A stretch of DNA of 64,000 nucleotides, from contig JAUPSS010000010.1 of the NCBI GenBank assembly GCA_040285825.1, forward strand, positions 124,001 through 188,000, written 5' to 3'. A program made the position numbers and the translations under genes. The DNA is from Eukaryota sp. TZLM1-RC. Lineage: Eukaryota; Protista; Metamonada: BaSk clade. The notes beneath the pieces were generated by a model that was not told the DNA's origin, ran no database searches, and was given only the letters and a program-made list of their open reading frames with translations. Shown one piece after another: positions 38,838-53,520 of this stretch (position 1 is its first letter; each line of letters begins with the position of its first letter).

Positions 38838-39738
38838 AGATTCACGAAATGGTCGAAAACTTTTGTTTTGTACGAATTGTAAAGCCGTTGATACCGTAAG
38901 ACCCCCGATCCGGATCCCAGTAGAAATAAGTCCCGCCAGCACAATCCCCTTCTCAATGGAAATGAGAAATTTTACTTCTGAATTGAAAAATAATAAGTGG
39001 AATATTTCATCCTTCTGGAAATATTTTGCTAGAAAAAACAAAAATTGTTTTAAGAAAAAATTTGGAAATAGAAAAATCGCAAAATCAAAAATTTGCCGAA
39101 AATTGTGCTTACGTGGTCGTTATGGTGCCGCAAAGCAGTCTTTGTTTTCCTCTTCTTTGGCTGATGTAAACTCTGATACCCTTGAAAAACTCCAAAAGTT
39201 GCATCCTCAAGAAAATTTCAAGTGCAGCAAGCCTGAAGTGTGTCCTTTTGGATTGAAAATCCTATTACTGCAATTGAGGTTCTTAAAGCTATTCAAAAAT
39301 TACCTAAGGGGAAAGCAGCAGGCCCATCTGGAATTTCTTTTGATCTCTTAAAAATAGCGTGTTCCAGTGCTCCCGAAATTGCTGATGATCTAGCCCACTA
39401 TTTTCAACAATTAATTGTTTTGAAAATAAATCCTCCATTTGAATTGCTCGCAGCACGTCTGATTGCTTTAGTAAAGCCTGGAAACGGAATCAAACCTGAT
39501 GGAATACGCCCAATTGCTGTTGGTGAATCTCTTTCTCGTTTGCTGGCATCAATTGTCTTCGATCGTGTCAAAGACAAAGCCTCTACATTTTTGAATCCTC
39601 ATCAATTTGGAATCAAAACAATTGATTGCCTCTGATACCTTTTTTAATGCAGAGGAAAATAATTTTATTTTTAATCTCGACTTTAAAAATGCTTTTAATT
39701 CTGTAAAGCGAGAAGCAATTTTTGAAGTTATTAAATCT

Positions 39739-42682
39739 TTTTTTTTTGAAAAGTAATATTTATTTTCAAAACCACAGTCTAAAAGTCAATATCTTCAAAA
39801 CAAGCTTCCACACCATCAAACCTTACAGCAGCAATGTTTTCATAATGTGCACTGACAGACATTAAAGCTTTCGAAATCATTTTAGGAATTGATTTGAAAA
39901 TAGTAAAAACAATACGATTTAGCCACAAGCGACGATCAAAACGCTTATTCATTCTTTTTTTTACAAGATTTTCAAAATCATCAATAAAATTCAAAGCAGT
40001 TTTTCCAAGACGACCATACAACGATATAGCAAATGGGCAAATTTGGTAATCTACATGGCGAACATGTTTCAATTCTTTTAAAGGATTTGCATACTTTTTC
40101 CGTTTGTACAATTCGGAGTCATCAAGGGGGGATACTTCGGATTGAGCATTTTTCAAGGCATTTTTCTTGCATACATCCACTGTTACGACATCAACAACAT
40201 TCATGACATCATCAAACGAGGGTACAACAACATCAGCACGTCGTTTTCCATATTCTGAATCTCTTACGCTTTCATTTATATCAAGAGACCTCAACAAAGG
40301 TTCTACAAAAGATTCAATATGATAGGAATTACACATTGCATGGATTTGATCTCTGACTGCATCATGCAACGTAGAACGATAGGAAATATATCTATTGCAA
40401 TTAAATAAATGTGATAATGTCAAACCAGCTCCACATTTACAAAACAAATCATTGGGCAAATTACAAGGCCATAAATAACAACGCATTCTCATAACAGTGG
40501 TCCATTGGTCGTCATTCAAAAATAGACCATAAATCTGGGGAATTTGATTTATCAAAACTGCAGATGAACTGTCCTTCAAATCAATCAAAAAATTGGCAAA
40601 AGCAGGATTTTCTTTCTTAGCCGTGCTAAGTCGAACAATAAAATCCTTGTTTTCAAAATCTTTCAAAAGATGTCGTTGGAGCTTTTTCAACGCAAATTTT
40701 AATGAATATAAACTTCTGTCTGGAATTTCTTGAATGGATATGGGGAAACATGATTGCCATAAGTCGGGAGATAAACTGGATATTTCTTGTCTTAAGTTAT
40801 CCAGGAATATGCTATTTGTATTTTCAAGAAGATTTTCGGCAAAAGGATATCTTCTAGAGAATTCAAATACAAAATTTTTCCACCACCAATAAATGCAGCT
40901 TTGGTCAAATATTTTGATGAATTGAATCCAACACCGCCAAGTTGAACATCAGAAAAAAATATGATTTTTCAAAATTGATGGATCAACAGACATTAAATAA
41001 GCCAAAAATTGGGTACGTATTTTGTTAAATTGTCTACAAAAATTGTAAGTTAGGGATGGAGGTAATGATCGCAGTAAATGAGTAATTTTCCCAGCATAAC
41101 AAATTTTCAAAAGAAAAAACTTAAGATGTTTTTCCAATTCAAGAGTCTTTATGACTTCTAGCTCTTTTTTAATTGAATTTAAATAATTTTCAAGGCTGTC
41201 AAGTGTCTTTTCGGCGGAACCTAAATAGCAACCCAGAAAGCAGAAACTAGTTGAAGTATAATCAATATATGGAACTTCGAGGGAATTAATTATTAACTTA
41301 ACATTTTTTCTAGAAATACAAAAACATTTTTGAACATTCAAATCAAGACCTATGGATTGGTATAATGTAGCAGCTTCATTAGCAACCCTATTAATTGTAC
41401 TTTCTGGACCAATACAAGAAATGTCATCCATGTAAGCTACCACTTGAAGGTCAGAATTTTCTTCTTTTAATTTTTTCAAAATTGGGTGAATTGCAAGACA
41501 AAAAAAGAAAGGACCTAAAGGGTCTCCTTGTTTAACTCCTGATAAAGTATCCAGATTAAAAAGAATTAAAAATTAAATCAGATGAATTACCATAAAACCT
41601 ATAAAAAAAGTTTCGAGTTCAGGAAAATTTGATTTGATTTCTTTCCAAATTGAATCTCTTTTCACTGAATTGAAAGCATTTTTGAAATCAAGATTAAAAA
41701 TGCAACTATTTTCGTGACAATTGAAAAACAGATCAGATGTCAAAGCTGCAACTGAAGCTCCATCTATAGTTTTGATTCCATATTGGAATGGAGAAAAGTA
41801 TTCTTTAGCTTTTGTTGAAACTCGATTAAAAATTACTGAAGACATCAAGCGATAAATGGCTTCACCAATGGCAATTGGGCGAACTTTTCCATTAGGTTTA
41901 GTTAAAGCCACTAACCGTGATGCACTTAATTCTTTGGGTGGAACAATTTTCATTGTCAAAACATCTTGAAAAAAGGAACATAAATCTTTAATAATAAAGG
42001 CATTTTGGCGGCACACAGATTTCAGCATATCAAAAGTAATTCCAGATGGTCCTGGAGCTTTTCCAGATGGAAGACGGAAAATGGCAGTTTCAACTTCTTT
42101 TTCAGAAAGTGGATTTTGTTTCCAAAATTGTGAAGCAGATGGTTTATCCAAATTAAGAAATTCAGCTGGATGCAGATCCACTAATTGATTTACAGTTTCA
42201 TCAGTCACAGGAGCAAGATCAGATGAGAATAGAGCGTCTTTCCCTGAACCATATCTCCCACGTAGCAAAAGTTTTCGTACAGTCTTATTCTTGGGTTGTT
42301 TCTTTGGAGTGAAAACCTTTTGGGGACGAGAACCTGATTTTTGTTCAAGGAAGAATTTCCAAATAGAAAATATATCCCATTCTCCTTTTTTCAAAGCAAG
42401 ACTGAATGTTCTAAACGCAACAGAAAAGGGAATGGAAGCCTTGGGACTGAGAACATTCGGAATCTTACATGGAGGCCGTAATGTATCAAGCGAGGAGCAA
42501 ACATGGCATACATATAAATTATTTTTTAAAATATATCTTTCAGCTTTTTCATTACAAATAGCACAATTATCAATTTGACTTGCTTCAAGGGGAATATCTA
42601 ACATCACTGCATCATTGTCTTCTGCAGTGCACTCATCTTTGGGAGGTAAATTAAATTCTAAATTATTTAATTCAGCGGCAGC
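39739..42682 (-). mobile_element. Family B1 long 5'-truncated copy inserted antisense into A
   Basis: TSD agttattaaatct at 39726-39738 and 42683-42695; ORFs 39779-40690, 40949-41479, 41573-42607. Confidence 0.94.
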
Positions 42683-42869
42683 AGTTATTAAATCTGATTT
42701 TCCTGAGCTATCGAGTTTTTTCTACCATTTTTATGGTAAAGAATCAGATTTAATTTTTAATTCATTTGCTCTTAAATCATCTTCTGGTGTGAAGCAAGGT
42801 GACCCTTTAGGTCCATTATTGTTTTGTTTGGCTATTCACAAAACCTTAAATATCATTAAGCAAAAATAC

Positions 42870-45800
42870 TTTTTTTTTTTAAAATTTAATTTTATTCTAA
42901 ACCTATAAATCAACATCTAAAAAATCCATCTCTCCCAAAACAAAAACACTAGATGCAACTCTCTCATAGTGAGATCCAAGAGAAAGCAAAGCATCAGAAA
43001 CCATCTTCAACATCCCCTTAAAAATAGAAAACACAATTCTATTTTGCCAAAACAATCTGTTGAAATTTCTGCCAGTTCTTCTCTTTACAATCATTTCAAA
43101 ATCATCCAAAAAACGTAAAGCAGTTGGTGCAAGTGAACCAAAAAGGGAAAATACAAATGGATACAAATTGTATTTTGCATGCTGTAGACTGGCCAATTTG
43201 GACAAAGGTTCATTGTATTTTTTGAATTTAAAATTTTCAGCATTTGAAAGGGGATTATGAATTTCAGAATTAACAAGCCTTTCATTTGAGGCATTACAAG
43301 GATCAACAGACATTACATCCAATAAAATGAAGCTTCCATCTAATCCAGGTAATATGACATCACCTCTATTATTCTTATGAAAATCATTTTCAGCATCAAA
43401 CAGATTTGACAACAAAGGTTCCAAGAAGGATTCAATTCTATGAGATTTACACATACAATATAACTGGTCTCTTACAGCATCATGAACCTTGCTTCTAAAA
43501 GTAATAAAATGTTTACAATTTAACAAATGAGTAGTTGTAATTTCTCGAGAACATTTACAAATTAAATTATGAGGTAAATTATCAGGCCAGATAAAGGAAC
43601 GAAATCTCATATTCAGAGTCCAAGCAGAATCGGATAAGAGAGTACCATAAACTTGTGGAATTGTTGTTACTAAGGCAGAAGAAGTACTGTCACACATATC
43701 TTGTAAAAAGATTTGCAAAAGCGGGATTCTTTTTCTTGGCCAAGCCAAGTCTAACATCAAAATCCAAGCTTTCAAAAATCTTTGACAATTTTTGTTGAAG
43801 CTTTTTACAGCAAAACTGTAAATTAAATAGAGATCGGTTTGGAATTTCTTGAATTGATTGAGGAAAACATTTGGTCCAAATTTGTGGCGGTAATTTTCAA
43901 GTTCACAAGATAACTCATACAAATAGGGACTACAATTGGGGACTAACAGATGAGAATCATCAGGAAATCTACGAGAAAATTCATAAATAAAATTTTTGCC
44001 ACCACCCAAGAATGCTGATTGACACAAAATTGAAGATTTAGTAAATCCAATACCCCCCAAATTTGCTGAAGAAAATAAATGGCTTTTCAACATTCCTGGT
44101 TCTACATCCAATAAATCAGCAAAAAAATTCTGTTCTCAATGAATTAAAAGAACGACAAAAATCTAATGCTATGGAAGGAGCACAAGATCTCAAAATGTGG
44201 GTTATTCTCCCAGTGTAGCAAATTTTAAGCATAAAAAATTTAATATGCTTTTCTATATCTAAAGAAGAAATTGAATCAAGTTCAATTTTCATTTTTTCCA
44301 AAATAACTTGCAATTCATTCTGAATTTGAGGCACATTTCCTAACCAACAACCAAGGAACTTAAAAGCATCACTACTATAATTAGTAAAAGGGACAATAGA
44401 ATCGTTTATCACGAGGTCTTGAGCAGAAGAGCCAATCAGAAGGCATTTGCTGGCATTAAGATGAAGCCCAATATTTTCATATGAATCGGCAATTTCTTGA
44501 GCAACCAATTCTAGTAAATCAAATGAACCAATCAAGGATATATCATCCATATAAGCAACTATTTTTATAGAAGGGTATTTTTGCTTAATGATATTTAAAG
44601 TTTTGTGAATAGCCAAACAAAACAATAATGGACCTAAAGGGTCACCTTGCTTCACACCAGAAGATGATTTAAGAGCAAATGAATTAAAAATTAAATCTGA
44701 TTCTTTACCATAAAAATGGTAGAAAAAACTCGATAGCTCAGGAAAATCAGATTTAATAACTTCAAAAATTGCTTCTCGCTTTACAGAATTAAAAGCATTT
44801 TTAAAGTCGAGATTAAAAATAAAATTATTTTCCTCTGCATTAAAAAAGGTATCAGAGGCAATAGCAGCAACAGAAGCACCATCAATTGTTTTGATTCCAA
44901 ATTGATGAGGATTCAAAAATGTAGAGGCTTTGTCTTTGACACGATCGAAGACAATTGATGCCAGCAAACGAGAAAGAGATTCACCAACAGCAATTGGGCG
45001 TATTCCATCAGGTTTGATTCCGTTTCCAGGCTTTACTAAAGCAATCAGACGTGCTGCGAGCAATTCAAATGGAGGATTTATTTTCAAAACAATTAATTGT
45101 TGAAAATAGTGGGCTAGATCATCAGCAATTTCGGGAGCACTGGAACACGCTATTTTTAAGAGATCAAAAGAAATTCCAGATGGGCCTGCTGCTTTCCCCT
45201 TAGGTAATTTTTGAATAGCTTTAAGAACCTCAATTGCAGTAATAGGATTTTCAATCCAAAAAGGACACACTTCAGGCTTGCTGCACTTGAAATTTTCTTG
45301 AGGATGCAACTTTTGGAGTTTTTCAAGGGTATCAGAGTTTACATCAGCCAAAGAAGAGGAAAACAAAGACTGCTTTGCGGCACCATAACGACCACGTAAG
45401 CACAATTTTCGGCAAATTTTTGATTTTACAATTTTTCTATTTCCAAATTTTTTCTTAAAACAATTTTTGTTTTTTCTAGCAAAATATTTCCAGAAGGATG
45501 AAATATTCCACTTATTATTTTTCAATTCAGAAGTAAAATTTCTCATTTCCATTGAGAAGGGGATTGTGCTGGCGGGACTTATTTCTACTGGGATCCGGAT
45601 CGGGGGTCTTACGGTATCAACGGCTTTACAATTCGTACAAAACAGAAGTTTTCGACCATTTCGTGAATCTGCAACATCTTTTTGCAAAATGGACAACAAA
45701 AATTACTGTTTTCAGAAGGGGAAGAAGAGGGAACACTAGAAGCATTTAACTGTTGATCGTCAGAAACATTATTTTCAGCACCTTTCACAACGGCAACAGC

Positions 45801-46126
45801 TGGAACAGAACATTTGAGAATTTGTTGAGCAGATTTTAATTCAAATTCTCTTTTTTGTTTCTCAGGGCACGTTCTCGAATTATGACCACTGATACCACAA
45901 ATCGAACATTTTTTAGAACCTTTTAATGGCAGTGGTTTCATTTTTTCAGTTCTTTCAATTTTGTCAATTTTTGAGTTAAAAGTAGAAATAGACTTTTGAC
46001 TTTTTGCAGTTTCAGCTGGAGAAAACAAATTTCGAGAAACGGAGTTGTTAATAGAACGCGCAACAGAACGCAAGGAACGTAATGGTGGTTTTTCTGTGTT
46101 TTTTCTGGTACAATGATCAGTTTTTG
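42870..46126 (-). mobile_element. Family A near-full-length copy inserted antisense into A
   Basis: TSD aagcaaaaatac at 42858-42869 and 46127-46138; ORFs 42903-44111, 44116-45699, 45609-46073. Confidence 0.94.
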
Positions 46127-47293
46127 AAGCAAAAATACCCTTCTATAAAAATAGTTGCTTATATGGATGATATATCCTTGATTGGTTCATTTGATTTACT
46201 AGAATTGGTTGCTCAAGAAATTGCCGATTCATATGAAAATATTGGGCTTCATCTTAATGCCAGCAAATGCCTTCTGATTGGCTCTTCTGCTCAAGACCTC
46301 GTGATAAACGATTCTATTGTCCCTTTTACTAATTATAGTAGTGATGCTTTTAAGTTCCTTGGTTGTTGGTTAGGAAATGTGCCTCAAATTCAGAATGAAT
46401 TGCAAGTTATTTTGGAAAAAATGAAAATTGAACTTGATTCAATTTCTTCTTTAGATATAGAAAAGCATATTAAATTTTTTATGCTTAAAATTTGCTACAC
46501 TGGGAGAATAACCCACATTTTGAGATCTTGTGCTCCTTCCATAGCATTAGATTTTTGTCGTTCTTTTAATTCATTGAGAACAGAATTTTTTGCTGATTTA
46601 TTGGATGTAGAACCAGGAATGTTGAAAAGCCATTTATTTTCTTCAGCAAATTTGGGGGTATTGGATTTACTAAATCTTCAATTTTGTGTCAATCAGCATT
46701 CTTGGGTGGTGGCAAAATTTTATTTATGAATTTTCTCGTAGATTTCCTGATGATTCTCATCTGTTAGTCCCCAATTGTAGTCCCTATTTGTATGAGTTAT
46801 CTTGTGAACTTGAAAAATTACCGCCACAAATTTGGACCAAATGTTTTCCTCAATCAATTCAAGAAATTCCAAACCGATCTCTATTTAATTTACAGTTTTG
46901 CTGTAAAAAGCTTCAACAAAAATTGTCAAAGATTTTTGAAAGCTTGGATTTTGATGTTAGACTTGGCTTGGCCAAGAAAAAGAATCCCGCTTTTGCAAAT
47001 CTTTTACAAGATATGTGTGACAGTACTTCTTCTGCCTTAGTAACAACAATTCCACAAGTTTATGGTACTCTCTTATCCGATTCTGCTTGGACTCTGAATA
47101 TGAGATTTCGTTCCTTTATCTGGCCTGATAATTTACCTCATAATTTAATTTGTAAATGTTCTCGAGAAATTACAACTACTCATTTGTTAAATTGTAAACA
47201 TTTTATTACTTTTAGAAGCAAGGTTCATGATGCTGTAAGAGATCAGTTATATTGTATGTGTAAATCTCATAGAATTGAATCCTTCTTGGAACC

Positions 47294-48778
47294 TTTTTAT
47301 AAATTGAAATTTATTTTCAACGCTAACAAAACATTAAACAAAAAACTAGAACTCAATATCCTCAATACACGCATCAACATCATCAAATCTTTTCAGCGCG
47401 CGATTTTCATACTCTATTCCTAATTGTAACAGTGCTTTGGTCAACATTTCTGGAATTGTTTTAAGAATACTAAAAACAATTCTATTGTGCCAGAAATTGA
47501 AGTTCAATTCTTTTCTTGCTCTTTCTTTTATTAAACTTCTGAAAACTTCAAGAAATTTAATGCCAGATATTCCAATGTTACCAAAAAGAGAAACAGCAAA
47601 TGGAACCAACTGATACTTGACATGCTCAACACGTCCTAGCTGAGATAAGGGTTCATTGTACTTTTTGATTTTGCTCTTTCAGCAAAGCAAAGTGGAGTTT
47701 CATCTCTTTTAGCAAAATCAATTGCTGAGTCTTTACAAACATCAACAGTAACAACATCAACAACTTTAATAACACCATCAGACGCAGGGGTAATTAAATC
47801 AGCATGGCGTTTCCCAAAAGTATTTTCATCTTCATTTTCAGATGACAACCTTCGCACAAGTGGTTCAACAAAAGCTTCAATGTGATGACTTTTGCACATA
47901 GCGTATAGTTGGTCTCTAACAGCATCGTGAACAACTGAGCGATATGTAATATTAAATTTGCAATTAAATAAATGATTCAGATTAATGAACTGACCACAAC
48001 GACAAATCAAATCATTTGGCACACTACATGGCCACAGAAAACACCTCATCCTGAAGGCAGTTTTCCATTGATGATCATTTAATAATAGACCATATACATT
48101 TGGAATCTGGGAAATAAGACAACTTGAGCTACTTTCCTTAAGGTCAATTAAAAAGTTTGCAAAAACGGGATTCTTTTCTTTAGCCAAGCTAAGACGAACA
48201 GTGAAATCCAAGTTTTCAAAAACTTTTAATATCTTTTTCTGCAATTTAGCATATGCAAATTTCAAGGAAATCAAACACCTGGGTGGAATTTCTTGAATAT
48301 CAGCAGGAAAGCATTTGGACCATATGTGAGGAGAGATGCATTCAATTTCACTCTGCAAGGACACTAAATAGTCACTAACACAACATTCTATTAAATGCTG
48401 GTTTTCAGGAAAACGTTTCAAAAATTCAAAGACGAAATTTTTTCCTCCACCGATGAATGCGGCTTTACACAAATATTTTGATTTGTGAAAATCCAGGCCA
48501 CCCAATTCTGTGCTACAAAAAATATGACTACGTAAAAAAGAAGAATCAATATCGAGCAAATTAGCCAAAAATTTTGTTCTTAATTCATTAAAAATTCTGC
48601 AAAATTCGAGAGAAATAGATGGTGATGTTGATCGTAAAATATGAGTAAATTTCCCTGAATAACAAATTCTGAGGAAGAAAAATTTAAGATGTTTTTCAAT
48701 ATTTAAATCTGAAAGAACCATCAATTCTTCTTCAAAATTATCCAAAAGAGAGGAAAGTTGATTTCGAATTTCATCAAA
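47294..48778 (-). mobile_element. Family C 3' half (thumb, CCHC, RLE)
   Basis: ORFs 47636-48745 and 47346-47609; oligo-T tail joined to sense A. Confidence 0.9.
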
Positions 48779-48963
48779 AAGCTTTGATGTCTGTCAGTGC
48801 ACATTACGAAGAAATTGCTGTTGTGAGGTTTGATGGTGTGGAAGCTTGTTTTGAAGATATTGACTTTTAGACTGTAGTTTAATAATAAATTAAAATTAAG
48901 ATAAAAAAATATGTGAGGAGAGATGCATCCAATTTCACTCTGCAAGGACACTAAATAGTCACT
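48779..48963. mobile_element. B2 3' fragment (+, 48779-48908) followed by a short C fragment (-, about 48909-48963)
   Basis: B2 terminus and tail; the C piece repeats about 48322-48376. Confidence 0.8.
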
Positions 48964-48967
48964 GATG

Positions 48968-49658
48968 AGATCAAATCCATGCAATGTGTAATTCCTATCA
49001 TATTGAATCTTTTTGTAGAACCTTTGCTGAGGTCTCTTGATATAAATGAAAGCGTAAGAGATTCAGAATATGGAAAACGACGTGCTGATGTTGTTGTGCC
49101 CTCGTTTGATGATGTTTTGAATGTTGTTGATGTTGTAACAGTGGATGTTTGCAAGAAAAATGCCTTGAGAAATGCACAATCCGAAGTATCTCCCCTTGAT
49201 GACTCCGAATTGTACAAACGAAAAAAATATGCAAATCCTTTAAAAGAATTGAAACATGTTCGCCATGTAGATTACCAAATTTGCCCATTTGCTATATCGT
49301 TATATGGTCGTCTTGGAAATACTGCTATGAATTTTATTGATGATTTTGAAAATCTTGTAAAAAGAAGAATGAATAAGCGTTTTGATCGTTGCTTGTGGCT
49401 AAATCGTATTGTTTTTACTATTTTCAAATCAATTCCTAAAATGATTTCGAAAGCTTTGATGTCTGTCAGTGCACATTACGAACACATTGCTGCTGTGAGG
49501 TTTGATGGTGTGGAAGCTTGTTTTGAAGATATTGACTTTTAGACTGTGGTTTTTTTTACCAAAATTTTAATTTTATTCAAAACCTATAAATCAACATCTA
49601 AAAAATCCATCTCTCCCAGACTGTGGTTTGGAAAATAAATTAAAATTAATAAAAAAAA
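48968..49658 (+). mobile_element. Family B2 3' part
   Basis: ORF 48979-49542; its UTR is split by the A2 mini-insertion. Confidence 0.9.
49553..49617 (-). mobile_element. 65-bp family A (variant A2) 3' mini-insertion
   Basis: TSD agactgtggttt at 49541-49552 and 49618-49629. Confidence 0.9.
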
Positions 49659-51380
49659 TATGATAGGAATTACACATTGCATGGATTTGATCTCTTACTG
49701 CATCATGAAACGTAGAACGATAGGAAATAAATCTATTACAATTAAATAAATGTGATAATGTCAAACCAGCTCCACATTTGCAAAACAAATCATTGGGCAA
49801 ATTACAAGGCCATAAATAACAACGCATTCTCATAGCAGTGGTCCATTGGTCGTCATTCAAAAGTAGGCCATAAATCTGGGGAACTTGATTTATCAAAACT
49901 GCAGATGAACTGTCCTTCAAATCAATCAAAAAATTTGCAAAAGCAGGATTTTCTTTCTTAGCCGTGCTAAGTCGAACAATAAAATCCTTGCTTTCAAATT
50001 TTTTCAAGAGATGTCGTTGGAGCTTTTTCAACGCAAATTTTAAAGAATACAAACTTCTGTCTGGAATTTCTTGAATGGATATGGGGAAACATGATTGCCA
50101 TAAGTCGGGAGATAAACTGGATATTTCTTCTCTTAAGTTATCGAGGAATAGGCTATTTGTAGTTTCAAGAAGATTTTCGGCAAAAGGATATCTTCTACAG
50201 AATTCAAATACAAAATTTTTTCCACCACCAATAAATGCAGCTTTGGTCAAATATTTTGATGAATTGAATCCAACACCGCCAAGTTGAACATCAGAAAAAA
50301 TATGATTTTTCAAAATTGATGGATCAACAGACATTAAGTAAGCCAAAAATTGGGTACGTATTTTGTTAAATTGTCTACAAAAATTGTAAGTTAGGGATGA
50401 AGGTAATGATCTCAGTAAATGAGTAATTTTTCCAGCATAACAAATTTTCAAAAGAAAAAACTTAAGATGTTTTTCCAATTCAAGGGTCTTTATGACTTCT
50501 AGCTCTTTTTTAATTGAATTTAAATAGTTTTCAAGGCTATCAAGTGTCTTTTCGGCGGAACCTAAATAGCACCCAAGAAAGCAGAAACTAGTTGAAGTAT
50601 AATCAATATATGGAACTTCAAGGGAATTAATTATTAACTTAACATTTTTCCTAGAAATACAAAAACATTTTTGAACATTCAACTCAAGACCTATGGATTG
50701 GTATAATGTAGCAGCTTCATTAGCAACCCTATTAATTGTATTTTCTGGACCAATACAAGAAATGTCATCCATGTATGCTACCACTTGAAGGTCAGAATTT
50801 TCTTCTTTTAATTTTTTCAAAATTGGGTGAATTGCAAGACAAAAAAAGAAAGGACCTAAAGGGTCTCCTTGTTTAACTCCTGATAAAGAATCAAGATTAA
50901 AAGAATTAAAAATTAAATCAGATGAATTACCATAAAACCTATAAAAAAAGGTTTCGAGTTCAGGAAAATTTGATTTGATTTCTTTCCAAATTGAATCTCT
51001 TTTCACTGAATTGAAAGCATTTTTGAAATCAAGATTAAAAATGCAACTATTTTCGTGACAATTGAAAAATAGATCAGATGTCAAAGCCGCAACTGAAGCT
51101 CCATCTATGGTTTTGATTCCATATTGGAATGGATAAAAGTATTCATTAGCTTTTGTTGAAACTCGGTTAAAAATTACTGAAGACATCAGGCGATAAATGG
51201 CTTCACCAATAGCAATTGGGCGAACTTTTCCATTAGGTTTAGTTAAAGCCACTAACCGTGATGCACTTAATTCTTTAGGTGGAACAATTTTCATTGTCAA
51301 AACATCTTGAAAAAAGGAACATAAATCTTTAATAATAAAGGAATTTTGGCGGCACACAGATTTCAGCATATCAAAAGTTA
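49657..51380 (-). mobile_element. Family B2 internal segment (RT to CCHC)
   Basis: Uninterrupted ORF 49591-51369 with YMDD. Confidence 0.92.
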
Positions 51381-51386
51381 TTTGAG

Positions 51387-51500
51387 TTTGATTTCCTTGA
51401 AATTTGCATATGCTAAATTGCAGAAAAAGATATTAAAAGTTTTTGAAAACTTGGATTTCACTGTTCGTCTTAGCTTGGCTAAAGAAAAGAATCCCGTTTT
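51387..51500 (+). mobile_element. Family C short fragment
   Basis: Reverse complement of about 48163-48276. Confidence 0.8.
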
Positions 51501-53520
51501 TTTTTAATTTTTAATTTATTGTTAAACCACAGTCTAAAAGTCAATATCTTCAAAACAAGCTTACACACCATCAAACCTCACAACAGCAATTTCTTCGTAA
51601 TGTGCACTGACAGACATCAAAGCTTTCGAAATCATTTTAGGAATTGATTTGAAAATAGTAAAAACAATACGATTTAGCCACAGGCGACGATCAAAACGCT
51701 TATTCATTCTTCTTTTCACAAGATTTTCAAAATCATCAATAAAATTCATTGCAGTATTTCCAAGACGACCATATAACGATATAGCAAATGGGCAAATTTG
51801 GTAATCTACATGGCGAACATGTTTCAATTCTTTTTAAAGGATTTGCATATTTTTTCGTTTGTACAATTCGGAGTCATCAAGGGGAGATACTTCGGATTGT
51901 GCATTTCTCAAGGCATTTTTCTTGCAAACATCCACTGTTACGACATCAACAACATTCATGACATCATCAAACGAGGGCACAACAACATCAGCACGTCGTT
52001 TTCCATATTCTGAATCTCTTACGCTTTCATTTATATCAAGAGACCTCAACAAAGGTTCTACAAAAAGATTCAATATGATAGGAATTACACATTGCATGGA
52101 TTTGATCTCTGACTGCATCATGCAACGTAGAACGATAGGAAATAAATCTATTATAATTGAATAAATGTGATAATGTCAAACCAGCTCCACATTTGCAAAA
52201 CAAATCATTGGGCAATGTACAAGGCCATAAATAACAACGCATTCTCATAGCAGTAGTCCATTGGTCGTCATTCAAAAATAGGCCATAAATCTGGGGAATT
52301 TGATCTATCAAAACTGCAGATGAACTGTCCTTCAAATCAATCAAAAAATTTGCAAAAGCAGGATTTTCTTTCTTAGCCGTGCTAAGTCGAACAATAAAAT
52401 CCTTGCTTTCAAATTTTTTCAAAAGATGTCGTTGGAGCTTTTTCAGCGCAAATTTTAATGAATATAAACTTCTGTCTGGAATTTCTTGAATGGATATGGG
52501 GAAACATGATTGCCATAAGTCGGGAGATAAACTGGATATTTCTTCTCTTAAGTTATCGAGGAATAGGCTATTTGTAGTTTCAAGAAGATTTTCTGCAAAA
52601 GAATATCTTCTAGAGAATTCAAATACAAAATTTTTTCCACCACCAATAAATGCAGCTTTGGTCAAATATTTTGATGAATTGAATCCAACACCGCCAAGTT
52701 GAGCATCAGAAAAAATATGATTTTTCAAAATTGATGGATCAACAGACATTAAATAAGCCAAAAATTCAGTACGTATTTTGTTAAATTGTCTACAAAAATT
52801 GTAAGTTAGGGATGGAGGTAATGATCTCAGTAAATGAGTAATTTTTCCAGCATAACAAATTTTCAAAAGAAAAAACTTAAGATGTTTTTCCAATTCAAGG
52901 GTCTTTATGACTTCTAGCTCTTTTTTAATTGAATTTAAATAGTTTTCAAGGCTATCAAGTGTCTTTTCGGCGGAACCTAAATAGCAACCAAGAAAGCAGA
53001 AACTAGTTGAAGTATAATCAATATATGGAACTTCGAGGGAATTAATTATTAACTTAACATTTTTCCTAGAAATACAAAAACATTTTTGAACATTCAACTC
53101 AAGACCTATGGATTGGTATAATGTAGCAGCTTCATTAGCAACCCTATTAATTGTACTTTCAGGACCAATACAAGAAATGTCATCCATGTAGGCTACCACT
53201 TGAAGGTCAGAATTTTCTTCTTTTAATTTTTTCAAGATTGGGTGAATTGCAAGACACCCACTTGCTCCTGTGACTGATGAAACTGTAAATCAATTAGTTG
53301 ATCTACATCCAGCTGAATTTCTTAATTTGGATAAACCACCTGCTTCACAATTTTGGAAACAAAATCCACTTTCTGAAAAAGAAGTTGAAACGGCCATTTT
53401 TCGTCTTCCATCTGGAAAAGCTCCAGGTCCATCTGGAATAACTTTTGATATGTTGAAATCCGTGTGCCGCCAAAATTCCTTTATTATTAAAGATTTATGT
53501 TCCTTTTTTCAAGATGTTTT
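51497..53520 (-). mobile_element. Family B2 3' half (51497-53256) with an inverted upstream B segment (53263-53520)
   Basis: Poly-T, ORF 52036-53235 (-), then ORF 53270-53520 (+). Confidence 0.85.

Larger units (their letters stand above)
28932..47295 (+). repeat. Tandem triplication of a family A segment (unit junctions at about 30834 and 37313), later invaded by D, A, B and A
   Basis: Same junction tgtaaaaa(g/a)cttcatccattccac twice; units 1 and 2 share the same antisense A insert. Confidence 0.8.
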
